DNA of 64,000 bases from an uncultured Actinomycetes bacterium (GTDB lineage: Bacteria; Actinomycetota; Thermoleophilia; Gaiellales; Gaiellaceae): positions 221,138 through 285,137 of the forward strand of contig CAVPRY010000006.1 in the NCBI GenBank assembly GCA_963708005.1, in the 5' to 3' direction. This document shows, in pieces, positions 18,576-28,487 of this stretch (its first letter is position 1; each line of letters opens with the position of its first letter). The position numbers were made by a program, and so were the translations under genes. The notes under the pieces were generated by a model that saw only the letters and a list, made by a program, of their open reading frames with translations, was not told where the DNA came from and searched no databases.

Positions 18576-20957
18576 TGCGGCGGCTCGGGGCGCCCCTGCA
18601 TCGCCGCCCAGACACGGGCCGGAGTGCAGGGCATGTCGATGTGGTCGACGCCGTGCGTCTCGTGCAGCGCGTCGATGATCGCGTTCACGATCGCGGGCGG
18701 CGACCCGACGTTCGGCGACTCGCCCACGCCCTTGGCCCCGAGCGGATGGTGCGGGCACGGCGTGACCGTCTCGCCGAGCTCGAAGTCGGGGCATTCGAGC
18801 GCGGTCGGGATGAGGTAGTCCATGAACGACGAGTTGAGGCAGTTGCCCTCCTCGTCGAACGTGATCACCTCCATCAGCGCGATGCCGATGCCCTCGGCGA
18901 GTCCGCCGTGGATCTGGCCGTCGACGATCATCGGGTTGATGCGCACGCCGCAGTCGTCGACAGCGATGAAGCGCCTGACCGTGACCTGGGCGGTGTCGGG
19001 GTCGATGTCGACGACGGCGATGTAGGCGCCGTAGGGGTAGGTGAGGTTGGGCGGGTCGTAGATCACCTGCGCGTCGAGCCCGCCCTCCATCCCGTCAGGC
19101 ATCGGCTCGCCGCTGTAGGCCCGCACCGCGATCTCCTCGATCATCGCGCCCTTCTCGGGGTCTCCCTTGACGTACCAGCGACCCTTCTCCCAGGCGAGGT
19201 CCTCCGGCCTGGTCTCGAGCATCGTCGCCGCGATCAGACGCGCCTTGTCGCGCACCTTGCGCGAGACCACCGCGACCGCGGCGCCGGACACCGGCGTCGA
19301 GCGGCTGCCGTAGGTGCCGAGCCCGTACGGCGAGCGGTCCGTGTCGCCGTGGCGGACCTCGACGTCCTCGGGCGGGATGCCGAGCTCCTCGGCGACGATC
19401 TGCGCGAACGTCGTCTCGTGGCCCTGCCCCTGCGTCTGGGCGCTGATGCTGACCACCGCCTTGCCCGACGGGTGCACCCGCAGGTCGGCACCGTCGTTCA
19501 TCGCCAGCCCGAGGATGTCCATGTGCTTGCGCGGCCCCGCCCCCACACCTTCCGTGAAGAACGACACTCCGATGCCCATCAGCTCGCCGCGAGCGCGCTT
19601 CTCCGCCTGCTCGCGGCGCAGATCCTCGTACCCGGCGATCTCCATCGCCACGCGCATCGTCTCGGCGTAGTTCCCGGAGTCATACGTCCAGCCGGTGGTG
19701 GTCTCGTACGGGAACTGCTCGGGAGCGATGAAGCTGCGCATCCGCAGCTCGATCGGGTCGACCTTCAGCTCGAGCGCGAGCGCGTCGACCATCCTCTCCA
19801 CGAGGTAGACGGCCTCGGTGATGCGGAACGAGCAGCGGTACGCCACACCCCCCGGCGCCTTGTTCGTGTAGACCGCCTTGACCTTGACGTGCGACGCCTC
19901 GAGGTCGTACGAGCCGCAGACGATGTGGAAGAACCCGGCCGGGAACTTCGTCGGCTGCGCGGTCGCAGTCGAAGGCGCCGTGGTCGGCGATCACGTCGAC
20001 CCGCAGACCGGTGATCTTGCCGTTCTTCGCGCACATCTCGCTGCGCATCACGTAGTCGCGGGCGAATCCCGTGGACATCAGGTTCTCGGAGCGGTTCTCC
20101 ACCCACTTGACCGGTACGCCGGCCACGATCGAACCGGCGATCGCGCACACGTAGCCCGGATAGACCGGAACCTTGTTGCCGAAGCCGCCGCCGATGTCCG
20201 AGCAGCGGATCCGGATCATGTGCTCTGCGAGCCCCGCGACGTGCGCGTACACCGTGCGGTGAGCGTGCGGCGCCTGGTTGCCGTTGTAGATGTCGAGCTG
20301 GCCGGTCTCCGGATTGAAGTCGGCGATGATGCCGCACGTCTCGAGCGGCGCCGGATGACAGCGGGGATAGATGATGTCGCGCGACACGACGGTGTCGGCC
20401 TCGGCGAACGCACGGTCCGTCGCCGCCTGATCGCCGGCCTCCCAGGTCGGGCTCGCGAGGTTGTCGCGCTGCCCCGCCTTGTCGTCCCGGATCAGGGGGG
20501 CGTCGGGGTCCAGCGCCTTACGGGCGTTGACGATCGCCGGCAACGGCTCGTACTCGACGTCGATCAGCTGCAGCGCGTCGTTCGCCGAGTACTCGTCGGT
20601 CGCGATCACGAATGCGACCTCCTGCCCCTGGAAACGGACCTTGTCGCCGGCGAGCACGGCCTGCGTGTCGTAGGAGATCGTCGGCATCCACGCCAGCCCG
20701 AGCGTCTCGAGGTCCTTGGCGGTGACGACCGCGGCGACGTTGGGGTGCGCGAGCGCCCGGGAGGTGTCGATCGAGACGATGCGCGCGTGCGCGTACGGGC
20801 TGCGCAGGATGGCCCCGTGGACCATGCCCGGCAGCCGGATGTCGTCGAGGTAGGTTCCCTGGCCGCGGATGAAGCGCGCGTCCTCCTTGCGCTTCAGACG
20901 ACCGAACCCGATCGGGCGCTCGGTCGTGGCGCTGGGCAGGTTCTCGACGGTGGCCAT
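18572..20957 (-). CDS. coxL: Aerobic carbon monoxide dehydrogenase large subunit, form I (one extra base near 19966)
   Basis: RKEDARFIRG, GGGFGNK, active-site AYRCSFR (form I AYXCSFR), QGQGHET and GAKGVGES; the span is 3n+1, consistent with one indel. Confidence 0.95.
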
Positions 20958-20959
20958 GC

Positions 20960-21439
20960 TCAGACCTCCTGTTTCGCGGCGGCTTCGTACTCGGCGGCCC
21001 AGCGCACGGCACTGACGATGTTCTTGTACCCCGTACAGCGGCAGATCGCTCCTGAAATTGCTGTACGGATCTCCTCGTCGGTCGGATTCGGGTTCTCGTC
21101 CAGCAGGGCGCGAGCGGTCATCAACATCCCCGGTGTGCAGAATCCACACTGGAGAGCGTGCCGCTCGTGGAAGCCCATCTGAACCGGGTCGAGCCGGCCG
21201 TCGACCTCGAGCGACTCGACAGTGCGGATCTCGTGGCCCTCGCACATCACGGCCAGGATCGTGCAGGACTTGACCGGCTCGCCGTCCATCAGCACCACGC
21301 AGGCACCGCAGTTGGAGGTATCGCAACCCCAATGGGTGCCGGTCAGGCCGGGTGTCTCGCGGATGAAGTGGACGAGCAGCTGACGCGGTTCGATCTCGCG
21401 GGAGACCTGCTCGCCGTTGATCGGAATCGAGACGTTCAT
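20960..21439 (-). CDS. coxS: CO dehydrogenase small (2Fe-2S) subunit
   Basis: GCDTSNCGAC, KSC, QCGFCTPG and CRCTGY motifs. Confidence 0.95.
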   Translation of the reverse strand: MNVSIPINGEQVSREIEPRQLLVHFIRETPGLTGTHWGCDTSNCGACVVLMDGEPVKSCTILAVMCEGHEIRTVESLEVDGRLDPVQMGFHERHALQCGFCTPGMLMTARALLDENPNPTDEEIRTAISGAICRCTGYKNIVSAVRWAAEYEAAAKQEV

Positions 21440-21441
21440 GA

Positions 21442-22317
21442 TCAGGCCTCCTGGGGCAGCGCGCGTGCCGCGGCGCGGATCAGGGCGCGTGTCGTGAGGA
21501 CGCCGGCGAGGTGGCGCTTGTAGTCGATCGGCCCTCGACCGTCCGCGCTCGGAGAACAGTCCGCCGAGGCGATCTCGCCCGCCTGTGCAAACAGCTCAGC
21601 GGACGGAACCTTGCCCCGCAGCAGCTCCTCGGCTCGCGTGAGATGGATCGTCGTGAGCCCGACCGCGCTGAGCGCGATGCCCGCATCGGCGATCTTGCCG
21701 CCGTCGAGCCAGAGGGCGGCCGACGCGGCGGCGATCGCCCAGTCGCCGGCGCGGCGCTCGACCTTCTCGTGCGCGCTGCCGCCGCCCGGACGGAGCGGGA
21801 CTCGAACTTCGGTGAGCAGCTCGCCTTCGCCCACCGCGGTCCTGTACGGCCCAAGATGAAAGTCCTCCATCCCGACCACCCGCTCACCTCCGACGCCGCG
21901 GATCACGGCCTTCGCCTTGACCGCCGCGCAGACGGCCGAGAGATCCTCGGCCGCGTCCGCCTGGCACAGCGAGCCGCCGATCGTGCCGCGGTTGCGGACG
22001 ACCGGATCGGCGATCACCCGCTCCGCGTCTCGAAACAGCGGCAGGCGCTCGGCGAGCAGCTCGGACTTCAACAGATCGACGTGGCGGGTCAGCGCCCCGA
22101 TCAAGACCTCGTCGCCCTGCTCGCGGATGTAGGAGAGCTCCGTGAGATCGTTGATGTCGATCAGGTGCTCCGGGTTCGCAAGCCGGAGCTTCATCATCGG
22201 CAGCAGGCTGTGCCCGCCGGCAATGATGCGCGCCTCCGAGCCGAGCCTCTGAAGCGATGCGATCGCTCCGTCCACGCTCGTAGCACGCTCGTACGCAAAC
22301 GCCGCAGGGGTCTGCAC
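21442..22317 (-). CDS. coxM: CO dehydrogenase medium (FAD) subunit
   Basis: GTG after AAGGAG; AGGHSLLPMMKLR, RNRGTIGGSL and YKRHLA motifs; M-S-L gene order. Confidence 0.93.
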   Translation of the reverse strand: MQTPAAFAYERATSVDGAIASLQRLGSEARIIAGGHSLLPMMKLRLANPEHLIDINDLTELSYIREQGDEVLIGALTRHVDLLKSELLAERLPLFRDAERVIADPVVRNRGTIGGSLCQADAAEDLSAVCAAVKAKAVIRGVGGERVVGMEDFHLGPYRTAVGEGELLTEVRVPLRPGGGSAHEKVERRAGDWAIAAASAALWLDGGKIADAGIALSAVGLTTIHLTRAEELLRGKVPSAELFAQAGEIASADCSPSADGRGPIDYKRHLAGVLTTRALIRAAARALPQEA

Positions 22318-22491
22318 AGGAGCTCCTTCGTATCGGGAAGTGGATAGTTCTGCGCAGACAACCCGCAGGTAGCGGCAGCATACGACGGCCTGTGTGAAAG
22401 TCCAGTTACGCGGCCCGGGCCGCCGCACAGGGTTCCGGTCGGCGAATGCCGCAAGGGCACTGACACCGTTTCTTCTCCTACAGATCCCCCC

Positions 22492-22803
22492 GTGGTTGAC
22501 GATCGCCCCGCACCGGAGCCGCTGCAGCCGGACGCCGTGACCGACTGGCTCGCAGCCCATCCTGCCTGGACAGGCGACGGGCACGCGCTCGCGCGACGCG
22601 CCGAGCTGCCGAGCTTCCGGGCCGCGGTCGACGCGTTCGTCGCGGTCGCGGTCGTGGCGGAGGAGCTCGACCACCACCCGGACGTCGACGTGCGCTGGAG
22701 AACCCTGCTCTTCCGGTTGTCGACGCACAGCGCCGGTGGACGCGTCACGGCACGCGACCTCGAGCTCGCCGAGCGGATCGACGCGATCCTCGCGGCTGCG
22801 TAG
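22492..22803 (+). CDS. Pterin-4a-carbinolamine dehydratase family protein
   Basis: AEELDHHPDVDVRW...LSTHSAGG.VT..DLELAERID. Confidence 0.88.
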   Translation: MVDDRPAPEPLQPDAVTDWLAAHPAWTGDGHALARRAELPSFRAAVDAFVAVAVVAEELDHHPDVDVRWRTLLFRLSTHSAGGRVTARDLELAERIDAILAAA

Positions 22804-22806
22804 CGG

Positions 22807-23754
22807 TTAGCGCACGACGACGGCGCCGAGCGCCTCGTCGATCGCCGCCAGGACGGAGGCGTCGAGCCCGACGCCCACGGCGGCGACATTGTCGTCCAGC
22901 TGCTCGGGACGGGTCACCCCCACGATGGCCGAGGCGACGTTCGGCTCCCGTAGCACCCACGCCAGCGCCAGCCGGGCCATCGTGAGCCCGAGCCCGTCCG
23001 CGATCGGGCGCAATCGCTGCACCGCCTCCAGCACGTCGTGCGTGAGGAGCCGACCCATGGCCCAGTTCATCTTGTCCGAGGTGGCCCGCGTGTCCTCCGG
23101 GGGCCTCTGGCCGGGTGGGTACTTGCCGGTGAGCACGCCCTGGGCGAGCGGCGACCACACGATCTGCGAGATCCCGTTGGCGGCGCAGAGCGGGATCACC
23201 TCCGCCTCCGGCACGCGATGGAGCATCGAGTACTGCGGCTGGCTCGAGACGAACCGCTCCACACCGGGCAGGTCGAGTGCCGCCTGGATCTGCGGCGCCG
23301 TCCACTCGCTGAAGCCGAGATGGCGCGCCTTGCCAGCCCGCACGACCTCGGTGAGCGCCTCCATCGTCTCATCCAGCGGTGTGTCCGAGTCGTAGCGGTG
23401 ACACTGGTAGAGGTCGACGTGATCCGTGCGCAGCCGCGCGAGAGAGGCGTCGATCTGCTTCAGCACCTGCTTCCGCGAGAGCCCACGGTCCTCGTCGGAC
23501 ATCGGGAAGTAGAGCTTCGTGGCCAGGACGTACGAGTCCCGCGGGCGCCCGGCGAGCGCCTCGCCGAGCACCTCCTCGGCGGCTCCGCGCCCGTAGACGT
23601 TCGCCGTGTCGACGAAGGTGACGCCGAGCGCGAAGGCGCGGTCGACGATCGCCAGCGTGCGCTGGCGGTCGATCCCGAGACCGAACGTGAGCCAGGAGCC
23701 GAGGCAGATCTCCGAGACCTCGAGGTCGCTCGAGCCGAGCTGGCGGTAGCGCAT
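22807..23754 (-). CDS. Aldo/keto reductase
   Basis: LGSW, DTANVYG, LATK, DLYQCHR and WSPLAQGVLTGKY motifs. Confidence 0.93.
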   Translation of the reverse strand: MRYRQLGSSDLEVSEICLGSWLTFGLGIDRQRTLAIVDRAFALGVTFVDTANVYGRGAAEEVLGEALAGRPRDSYVLATKLYFPMSDEDRGLSRKQVLKQIDASLARLRTDHVDLYQCHRYDSDTPLDETMEALTEVVRAGKARHLGFSEWTAPQIQAALDLPGVERFVSSQPQYSMLHRVPEAEVIPLCAANGISQIVWSPLAQGVLTGKYPPGQRPPEDTRATSDKMNWAMGRLLTHDVLEAVQRLRPIADGLGLTMARLALAWVLREPNVASAIVGVTRPEQLDDNVAAVGVGLDASVLAAIDEALGAVVVR

Positions 23755-23766
23755 GACCAGTCTCTA

Positions 23767-24315
23767 TCAGTCGTGCTGTCCGTCGTGCCGCGCCACCGGC
23801 TGGTGCCCGAGCTCGTCGAGCTCCTCGGCCTCGGGCTGCTCGTCCCAGCGGTCATACGGCTGCAGGAGCGGCAACACGAACCACCCGACCACGAACAGGG
23901 CCGCGACCCCGACCGCGAAGACCGCGGCGAGGGTCCCGGCGTAGAGCACGTCGACGACGACGAACACGGCCGCCGTGAGCGCCGCCGCGAGGCACGCCAT
24001 GCCCGCGATCGCCAGCCGGTTGGAGATGCGGAGCATCCGGTCCTTGTTGCGCTCGCGCCAGCGCAGGCGGTGGTACGCGCTCGGCGCCATGAGCAGCGCA
24101 GTGGCCAGCACCGTGGCCGTCAGCGACGCGAGATACACCCCCGTCGCGAAATCGTCGACCGCGCCGAAGCCCGAGTTGAGCGGTGCGACGAGGAGGAACG
24201 CCAGCAGCACCTGCGCGCCGGGCAACGCCACGCGCAACTCGTTCAGGAGCTCGATCAGCTCCTGGTCGCGCTTCTCGCGCAGCGCCTTTCCCTGCTTCGT
24301 CTCGTGCGGCTCCAC
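23767..24315 (-). CDS. DUF6328-like four-helix membrane protein
   Basis: ELLNELRVALPGAQVLLAFLL...MAPSAYHR and four hydrophobic segments. Confidence 0.75.
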   Translation of the reverse strand: MEPHETKQGKALREKRDQELIELLNELRVALPGAQVLLAFLLVAPLNSGFGAVDDFATGVYLASLTATVLATALLMAPSAYHRLRWRERNKDRMLRISNRLAIAGMACLAAALTAAVFVVVDVLYAGTLAAVFAVGVAALFVVGWFVLPLLQPYDRWDEQPEAEELDELGHQPVARHDGQHD

Positions 24316-24343
24316 ACGGGGACGGTACCCGTAGGATCGCGTC

Positions 24344-25318
24344 ATGGAGACACGGGAGCTTGGCCGCAGCGGCGTTCGCGTCTCACGGGTGATCCTCGGG
24401 TGCGGCAACTTCGGCGGCATCGGCTCCTCACCCGCGTTCTTCGGCCAGGGCACGCCGCAGGAGACGGCGTTCGCGCTGATGGACACCGCCTGGGAGCTCG
24501 GGATCACGACGTTCGACACGGCCGACGCCTACGGCGGCGGCCGCAGTGAGACGTTCATCGGCGAGTGGCTGCGGACGAAGGGACGCGACGTGCGCGAGCG
24601 GATCGTCGTCGCCACGAAGACCTTCAACCCGATGGACGTCGGCGAGGACGGCGGGCTCGGGCGCGCCCGGATCCTGCGCCAGATCGACGCCAGCCTCATG
24701 CGGCTCGGCCTCGACCGCGTCCCGCTGTACCTCGCCCACGACTTCGATCCCGGCACGCCTCAGGAGGAGACGCTCGCGGCGTTCGACGCCGTCGTGCGCG
24801 CAGGCAAGGTCGGCGCCGTCGGCGCATCGAACTTCAGCGCCGAGCAGCTGGCCGAGGCACTGGAGCTGGCGGCACTCGAGCGGCTCCCCCGCTACGAGTG
24901 GGTACAGAACGCGTTCTCGCTGCTCGAGCAGGGCGATGCGCAGACCGTCTTCCCGCTCTGCCACGAGCACGGTCTGGGCTACACGCCGTTCAGCCCGCTC
25001 GCGGGAGGCTGGCTCACCGGCAAGTACCGGAGCGGCGAGGCTCCGCCTGAGGGCTCACGGATGACGCAGCGACCCGAGCCGTACGAGGACTACGTCACAG
25101 ACCGCGTCTTCGCCGCCGTCGACGCCCTCGGCCGCCAGGCGGCGGAGCGCGGCGTCACGTCGGCCGGGCTCGCGCTCGCCTGGGCTCTCTCCGCGCCCGA
25201 GACGACCGCGGTCGTGGTGGGGCCGAATCGCGTGGAACATCTTGCGCCGGTGACCGAGGCGCTCGGACTCGAGCTCTCGGCGGCAGAGCGCGACGAGCTG
25301 GGAGGGCTGTTCCGGTGA
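24344..25318 (+). CDS. Aldo/keto reductase
   Basis: LGCGNFGG, DTADAYGGG, ATK and FSPLAGGWLTGKY; TAGGAT 6 nt before the ATG. Confidence 0.93.
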   Translation: METRELGRSGVRVSRVILGCGNFGGIGSSPAFFGQGTPQETAFALMDTAWELGITTFDTADAYGGGRSETFIGEWLRTKGRDVRERIVVATKTFNPMDVGEDGGLGRARILRQIDASLMRLGLDRVPLYLAHDFDPGTPQEETLAAFDAVVRAGKVGAVGASNFSAEQLAEALELAALERLPRYEWVQNAFSLLEQGDAQTVFPLCHEHGLGYTPFSPLAGGWLTGKYRSGEAPPEGSRMTQRPEPYEDYVTDRVFAAVDALGRQAAERGVTSAGLALAWALSAPETTAVVVGPNRVEHLAPVTEALGLELSAAERDELGGLFR

Positions 25319-26283
25319 GTCTGCTCGTTCTCTCCGAAGCCGACGTCCGCGCCGTGCTCGACATGGAATCGTGCATCGAGGCAATGGCCGACGTGCTCGC
25401 GGCGCTCGAGCGCGGCGAGGCGTCGATGCCGCTGCGCTTCATCGTCCGGCCGCCGGTGAGCCCGCCGGCCTTGGGGCTGATGCCCGCGCACCGCGGCGGT
25501 GCGGCGCCCGTGTTCTCCCTGAAGGAGATCGTCGTCGCACCCGCCAACCGCGAGCGCGGGCTCGACCCGCACCAGGGCGGTGTGCTTCTCCACGACGGCG
25601 AGACCGGCGAGCTGCGGGCGCTGCTGAACGCCTCGGCAATCACCGAGATCCGCACCGCCGCCGTGTCCGGTGTCGCCACCCGGCTGCTCGCACGGCCGGG
25701 GTCACGACACGTGGCGGTGCTCGGTGCCGGGATCCAGGCCCGGTCACATGTCCTCGCGATGCGCGCGGTGCTCGAGGAGCCCGAGATCCGGCTCTGGGGG
25801 CCCACACCCGAGCGCGCCGCAGCTCTCGCCGCGGAGCTCGATGTCGCCTTGGCGACATCGGTGGACGAGGCCGTCGGCGGGGCCGACGTGATCTGCACCA
25901 CAACCGCCGCGCGGGAGCCCGTGCTCGCTCGGGGGCAGGTCGCCGCCGGTACGCACCTCAACGTGGTCGGCTCGAGCTTTCCAACCGCGCGTGAGGTCGA
26001 CGGAGCGCTCGTGGCAGCGTCGAGCCTCTTCGTCGACCGACGCGAGTCGACGCTCGCCGAGGCGGGCGACTACCTCTTCGCAGTCGAGGAGACGGGCATC
26101 GGCCCCGAGCACATCCTCGCCGAGCTCGGCGAGCTCCTCGTCGGCTCGCATCCGGGTCGGCAGCAGGCCGACGAGATCACGTTGTTCAAGTCGCTGGGCC
26201 TGGCCGTCGAGGACCTCGCTGCTGCCGAGCTGTCCGTCGCCCGCGCCCGCGAACGAGGCCTCGGCACCGAGGTCGACTTCTGA
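25315..26283 (+). CDS. Ornithine cyclodeaminase/mu-crystallin family protein
   Basis: ITEIRTAAVS, GAGIQA and LFKSLGLAVEDLAAA motifs. Confidence 0.92.
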   Translation: MSLLVLSEADVRAVLDMESCIEAMADVLAALERGEASMPLRFIVRPPVSPPALGLMPAHRGGAAPVFSLKEIVVAPANRERGLDPHQGGVLLHDGETGELRALLNASAITEIRTAAVSGVATRLLARPGSRHVAVLGAGIQARSHVLAMRAVLEEPEIRLWGPTPERAAALAAELDVALATSVDEAVGGADVICTTTAAREPVLARGQVAAGTHLNVVGSSFPTAREVDGALVAASSLFVDRRESTLAEAGDYLFAVEETGIGPEHILAELGELLVGSHPGRQQADEITLFKSLGLAVEDLAAAELSVARARERGLGTEVDF

Positions 26284-26294
26284 TCGCGCTCGAG

Positions 26295-27227
26295 TTGATC
26301 GAGCGCGCCCGCGAGACCGTTGCCGATCTCGTCGTGCGCACCCCCCTCGTGCGGTTACCTGTCGAGACCGAGGCCGAGATCTGGCTCAAGCTCGAGTGCT
26401 TGCAGCCGATCGGCTCCTTCAAGCTGCGCGGCGCGGGCAACGCGATCCGTCGCGCCCCGGCTGAGCGCCTGGAGCGCGGCGTGTGGACCACGAGTGCGGG
26501 GAACATGGCGCAGGGCGTCGCGTGGGTGGCGCGCGAGCTCGGAGTTCCCGCCGCCGTCGTCGCCCCGGACCACGCGCCGCGGGCCAAGCTCGATGCGATC
26601 GACCGGCTCGGTGCGCGCGTCGAGCTCGTCTCGTTCGAGACCTGGTGGCAGACGATGGAGGAGGGCTCCTACCCCGGCCTCGAGGGCCTGTTCGTGCACC
26701 CGGTGCTCGACGACGACGTGATCGCCGGCAACGGCACCATCGGCCTCGAGCTCGCTGAGGATCTCGACGACATCGACGTCGTGCTGGTGCCCTGGGGCGG
26801 GGGCGGGCTGACGACGGGCATCGCGAGCGCGCTCGCGCACGTGTCGCCCGGAACGCGGGTGATCGCCTGTGAGCCCGAGACGGCCGCGCCGCTCGCCGCC
26901 GCTTTCGTCGATGGTCGACCATCGAACTTCGACTATCGACCGTCGTTTGTCGACGGCGCCGGCGGGAAGGCCGTTCTGCCCGCGATGTGGGAGCGGGCAC
27001 GACCGCTTCTGTCCGGCGCCGTCGCCGTGCCGCTCGACGACGTGGCCGCCGCAATCCGGCTCCTCGCCGAGCGCGCGCACGTCGTGGCCGAAGGCGCCGG
27101 CGCACTTGCTGTGGCCACAGCGCTCGCGGGCGGCGGCGGCACGGGACGGGTCGTCTGCATCGTGTCCGGCGGCAACATCGACCCCGCCCGGCTGGCCGCT
27201 GTGCTGGAGGGCCTTACGCCGGACTGA
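26295..27227 (+). CDS. Threonine/serine dehydratase family PLP enzyme (may start at the CTG at 26280)
   Basis: KLECLQPIGSFKLRGA, SAGN, GGGGL and SGGNID motifs. Confidence 0.9.
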   Translation: MIERARETVADLVVRTPLVRLPVETEAEIWLKLECLQPIGSFKLRGAGNAIRRAPAERLERGVWTTSAGNMAQGVAWVARELGVPAAVVAPDHAPRAKLDAIDRLGARVELVSFETWWQTMEEGSYPGLEGLFVHPVLDDDVIAGNGTIGLELAEDLDDIDVVLVPWGGGGLTTGIASALAHVSPGTRVIACEPETAAPLAAAFVDGRPSNFDYRPSFVDGAGGKAVLPAMWERARPLLSGAVAVPLDDVAAAIRLLAERAHVVAEGAGALAVATALAGGGGTGRVVCIVSGGNIDPARLAAVLEGLTPD

Positions 27228-28366
27228 TGCGCGCGATCGGCCTCACGCAACTGCGTCGCCTCGTCATCGGGGCGCAGGGGTTCGCCTCACGGTCGCGGCG
27301 CGCCTCGACGTCTGAGGTGGAGGCGGCGATCGGGCGCCTCTCCGCAGTGCAGCTCGACTCGATCTCGACGGTCGAGCGGAGTCATCGGATCACGCTCGCC
27401 GCGCGTGTCGGCACGTACGACGAGGGAGCGGTGACCCGCCTGCTTCGCTCCGGTCGGGTCGTCGAGTACTGGGCGCACGAGGCCTGCCTCCTCCCCGCCG
27501 CCGACTGGCCGCTCCTGCGCTGGCGGATGGAGCGGTTTCGCGTCCATCCGTGGCGCGGCGACGTGCTGGGCCGCAATCCAGGGCTGGCCGAGCAGGTGCT
27601 GCGTGAGATCGCCGAGCGTGGCCCGCTCGGCTCGCGGGACTTCGACGGGCGCGGCGGCGGGGGCATGTGGAACTGGAAACCGGCGAAGGAGATGCTGGAG
27701 GCGCTCTTCTCGGCCGGCGAGCTCGTGATCGCGGGCCGGGTGAACGGCTTTCAGCGCGCCTATGACCTGCCCGAGCGTGTCCTTCCTCCCGAGGTCCTGG
27801 GCGCTGCCGCTCCGTCCGAGGCAGAGGCGGTCGGTGAGCTCGTCGTGCGCGCCGTCGCGGCGCGCGGCGCGCTCACGGAAGCGGGCGTAGCGGAGCACTG
27901 GCGCCTGCGCGGTGGGACGACGCGCATCCGGCCGGTGCTCGACGGGCTGCTCGCCGACGGCAGGCTGGAGCGGGTCCGCGTCGAGGACGGCGGTGCCGAC
28001 GTCCTCGTGCTTCCCGGGACCGACCTCGAGGCAGCGGCGCCGTCAGCCGCAGCGCTCCTCTCGCCGTTCGACAACCTTCTCTGGGACCGGCCTTTCGCCC
28101 GCCGCGCGCTCGGATTCGATCATCTGATCGAGGTCTACAAACCGCAGCCGCAGCGGGTCTACGGCTACTACGTCCTGCCGTTCGTGTGGCGCGATCGGAT
28201 CGTCGGTCGCGCAGACCTGAAGTCGGATCGGGCCGCCGACGAGCTCGTCCTGCGGGCGTTTCACCGGGAGCACGGGGTGAGAGCCTCCGCAGCGCTCGAC
28301 GACGCGCTCGACCGCGCTCTCGACCGTCTCCGCCGCGCCGCAGGTCTGGCGAGCGTTCGCCGGTAG
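27227..28366 (+). CDS. YcaQ/AlkZ-like winged-helix crosslink-repair DNA glycosylase
   Basis: VQLDSIS (QxD), EYWAHEA, LLSPFDNLLWDR and EVYKP...YGYYVLP motifs. Confidence 0.88.
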   Translation: MRAIGLTQLRRLVIGAQGFASRSRRASTSEVEAAIGRLSAVQLDSISTVERSHRITLAARVGTYDEGAVTRLLRSGRVVEYWAHEACLLPAADWPLLRWRMERFRVHPWRGDVLGRNPGLAEQVLREIAERGPLGSRDFDGRGGGGMWNWKPAKEMLEALFSAGELVIAGRVNGFQRAYDLPERVLPPEVLGAAAPSEAEAVGELVVRAVAARGALTEAGVAEHWRLRGGTTRIRPVLDGLLADGRLERVRVEDGGADVLVLPGTDLEAAAPSAAALLSPFDNLLWDRPFARRALGFDHLIEVYKPQPQRVYGYYVLPFVWRDRIVGRADLKSDRAADELVLRAFHREHGVRASAALDDALDRALDRLRRAAGLASVRR

Positions 28367-28375
28367 CGCCGCAGA

Positions 28376-28455
28376 CGTGGCCCTGTCGGTTCCGGCTGGG
28401 GCCCCAGGCAACTCGGTTGCCGGGGGCTGTCCCCTCAACCGGACCTGCGGCCACG
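28376..28455. repeat. Long imperfect intergenic inverted repeat (REP-like or terminator-like hairpin)
   Basis: CGTGGCC..GGTTCCGG..GGGGCCCC.GGCAAC-TCG-GTTGCC.GGGG..CCCC..CCGGACC..GGCCACG nested pairing. Confidence 0.55.
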
Positions 28456-28487
28456 GGCCCCGAACGGCCAGGGCTAGGATGGCCGCG

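Noticed and set aside
18572-20957. Form II CoxL or xanthine dehydrogenase, or a programmed frameshift in coxL
   Set aside because: AYRCSFR and the M-S-L order indicate form I; there is no slippery sequence at the break and similar indels occur across the window.
25315-27227. Ectoine catabolism (eutBC) linked with the DoeB-like fragment
   Set aside because: No ectoine hydrolase or ectoine transporter is present, the genes are 20 kb apart, and this pair is common in other contexts.
28376-28455. SAM riboswitch upstream of metB
   Set aside because: No recognisable SAM-I/IV core; the hairpin lies upstream of the apparent -10 (28475-28480) and so outside a leaderless transcript.
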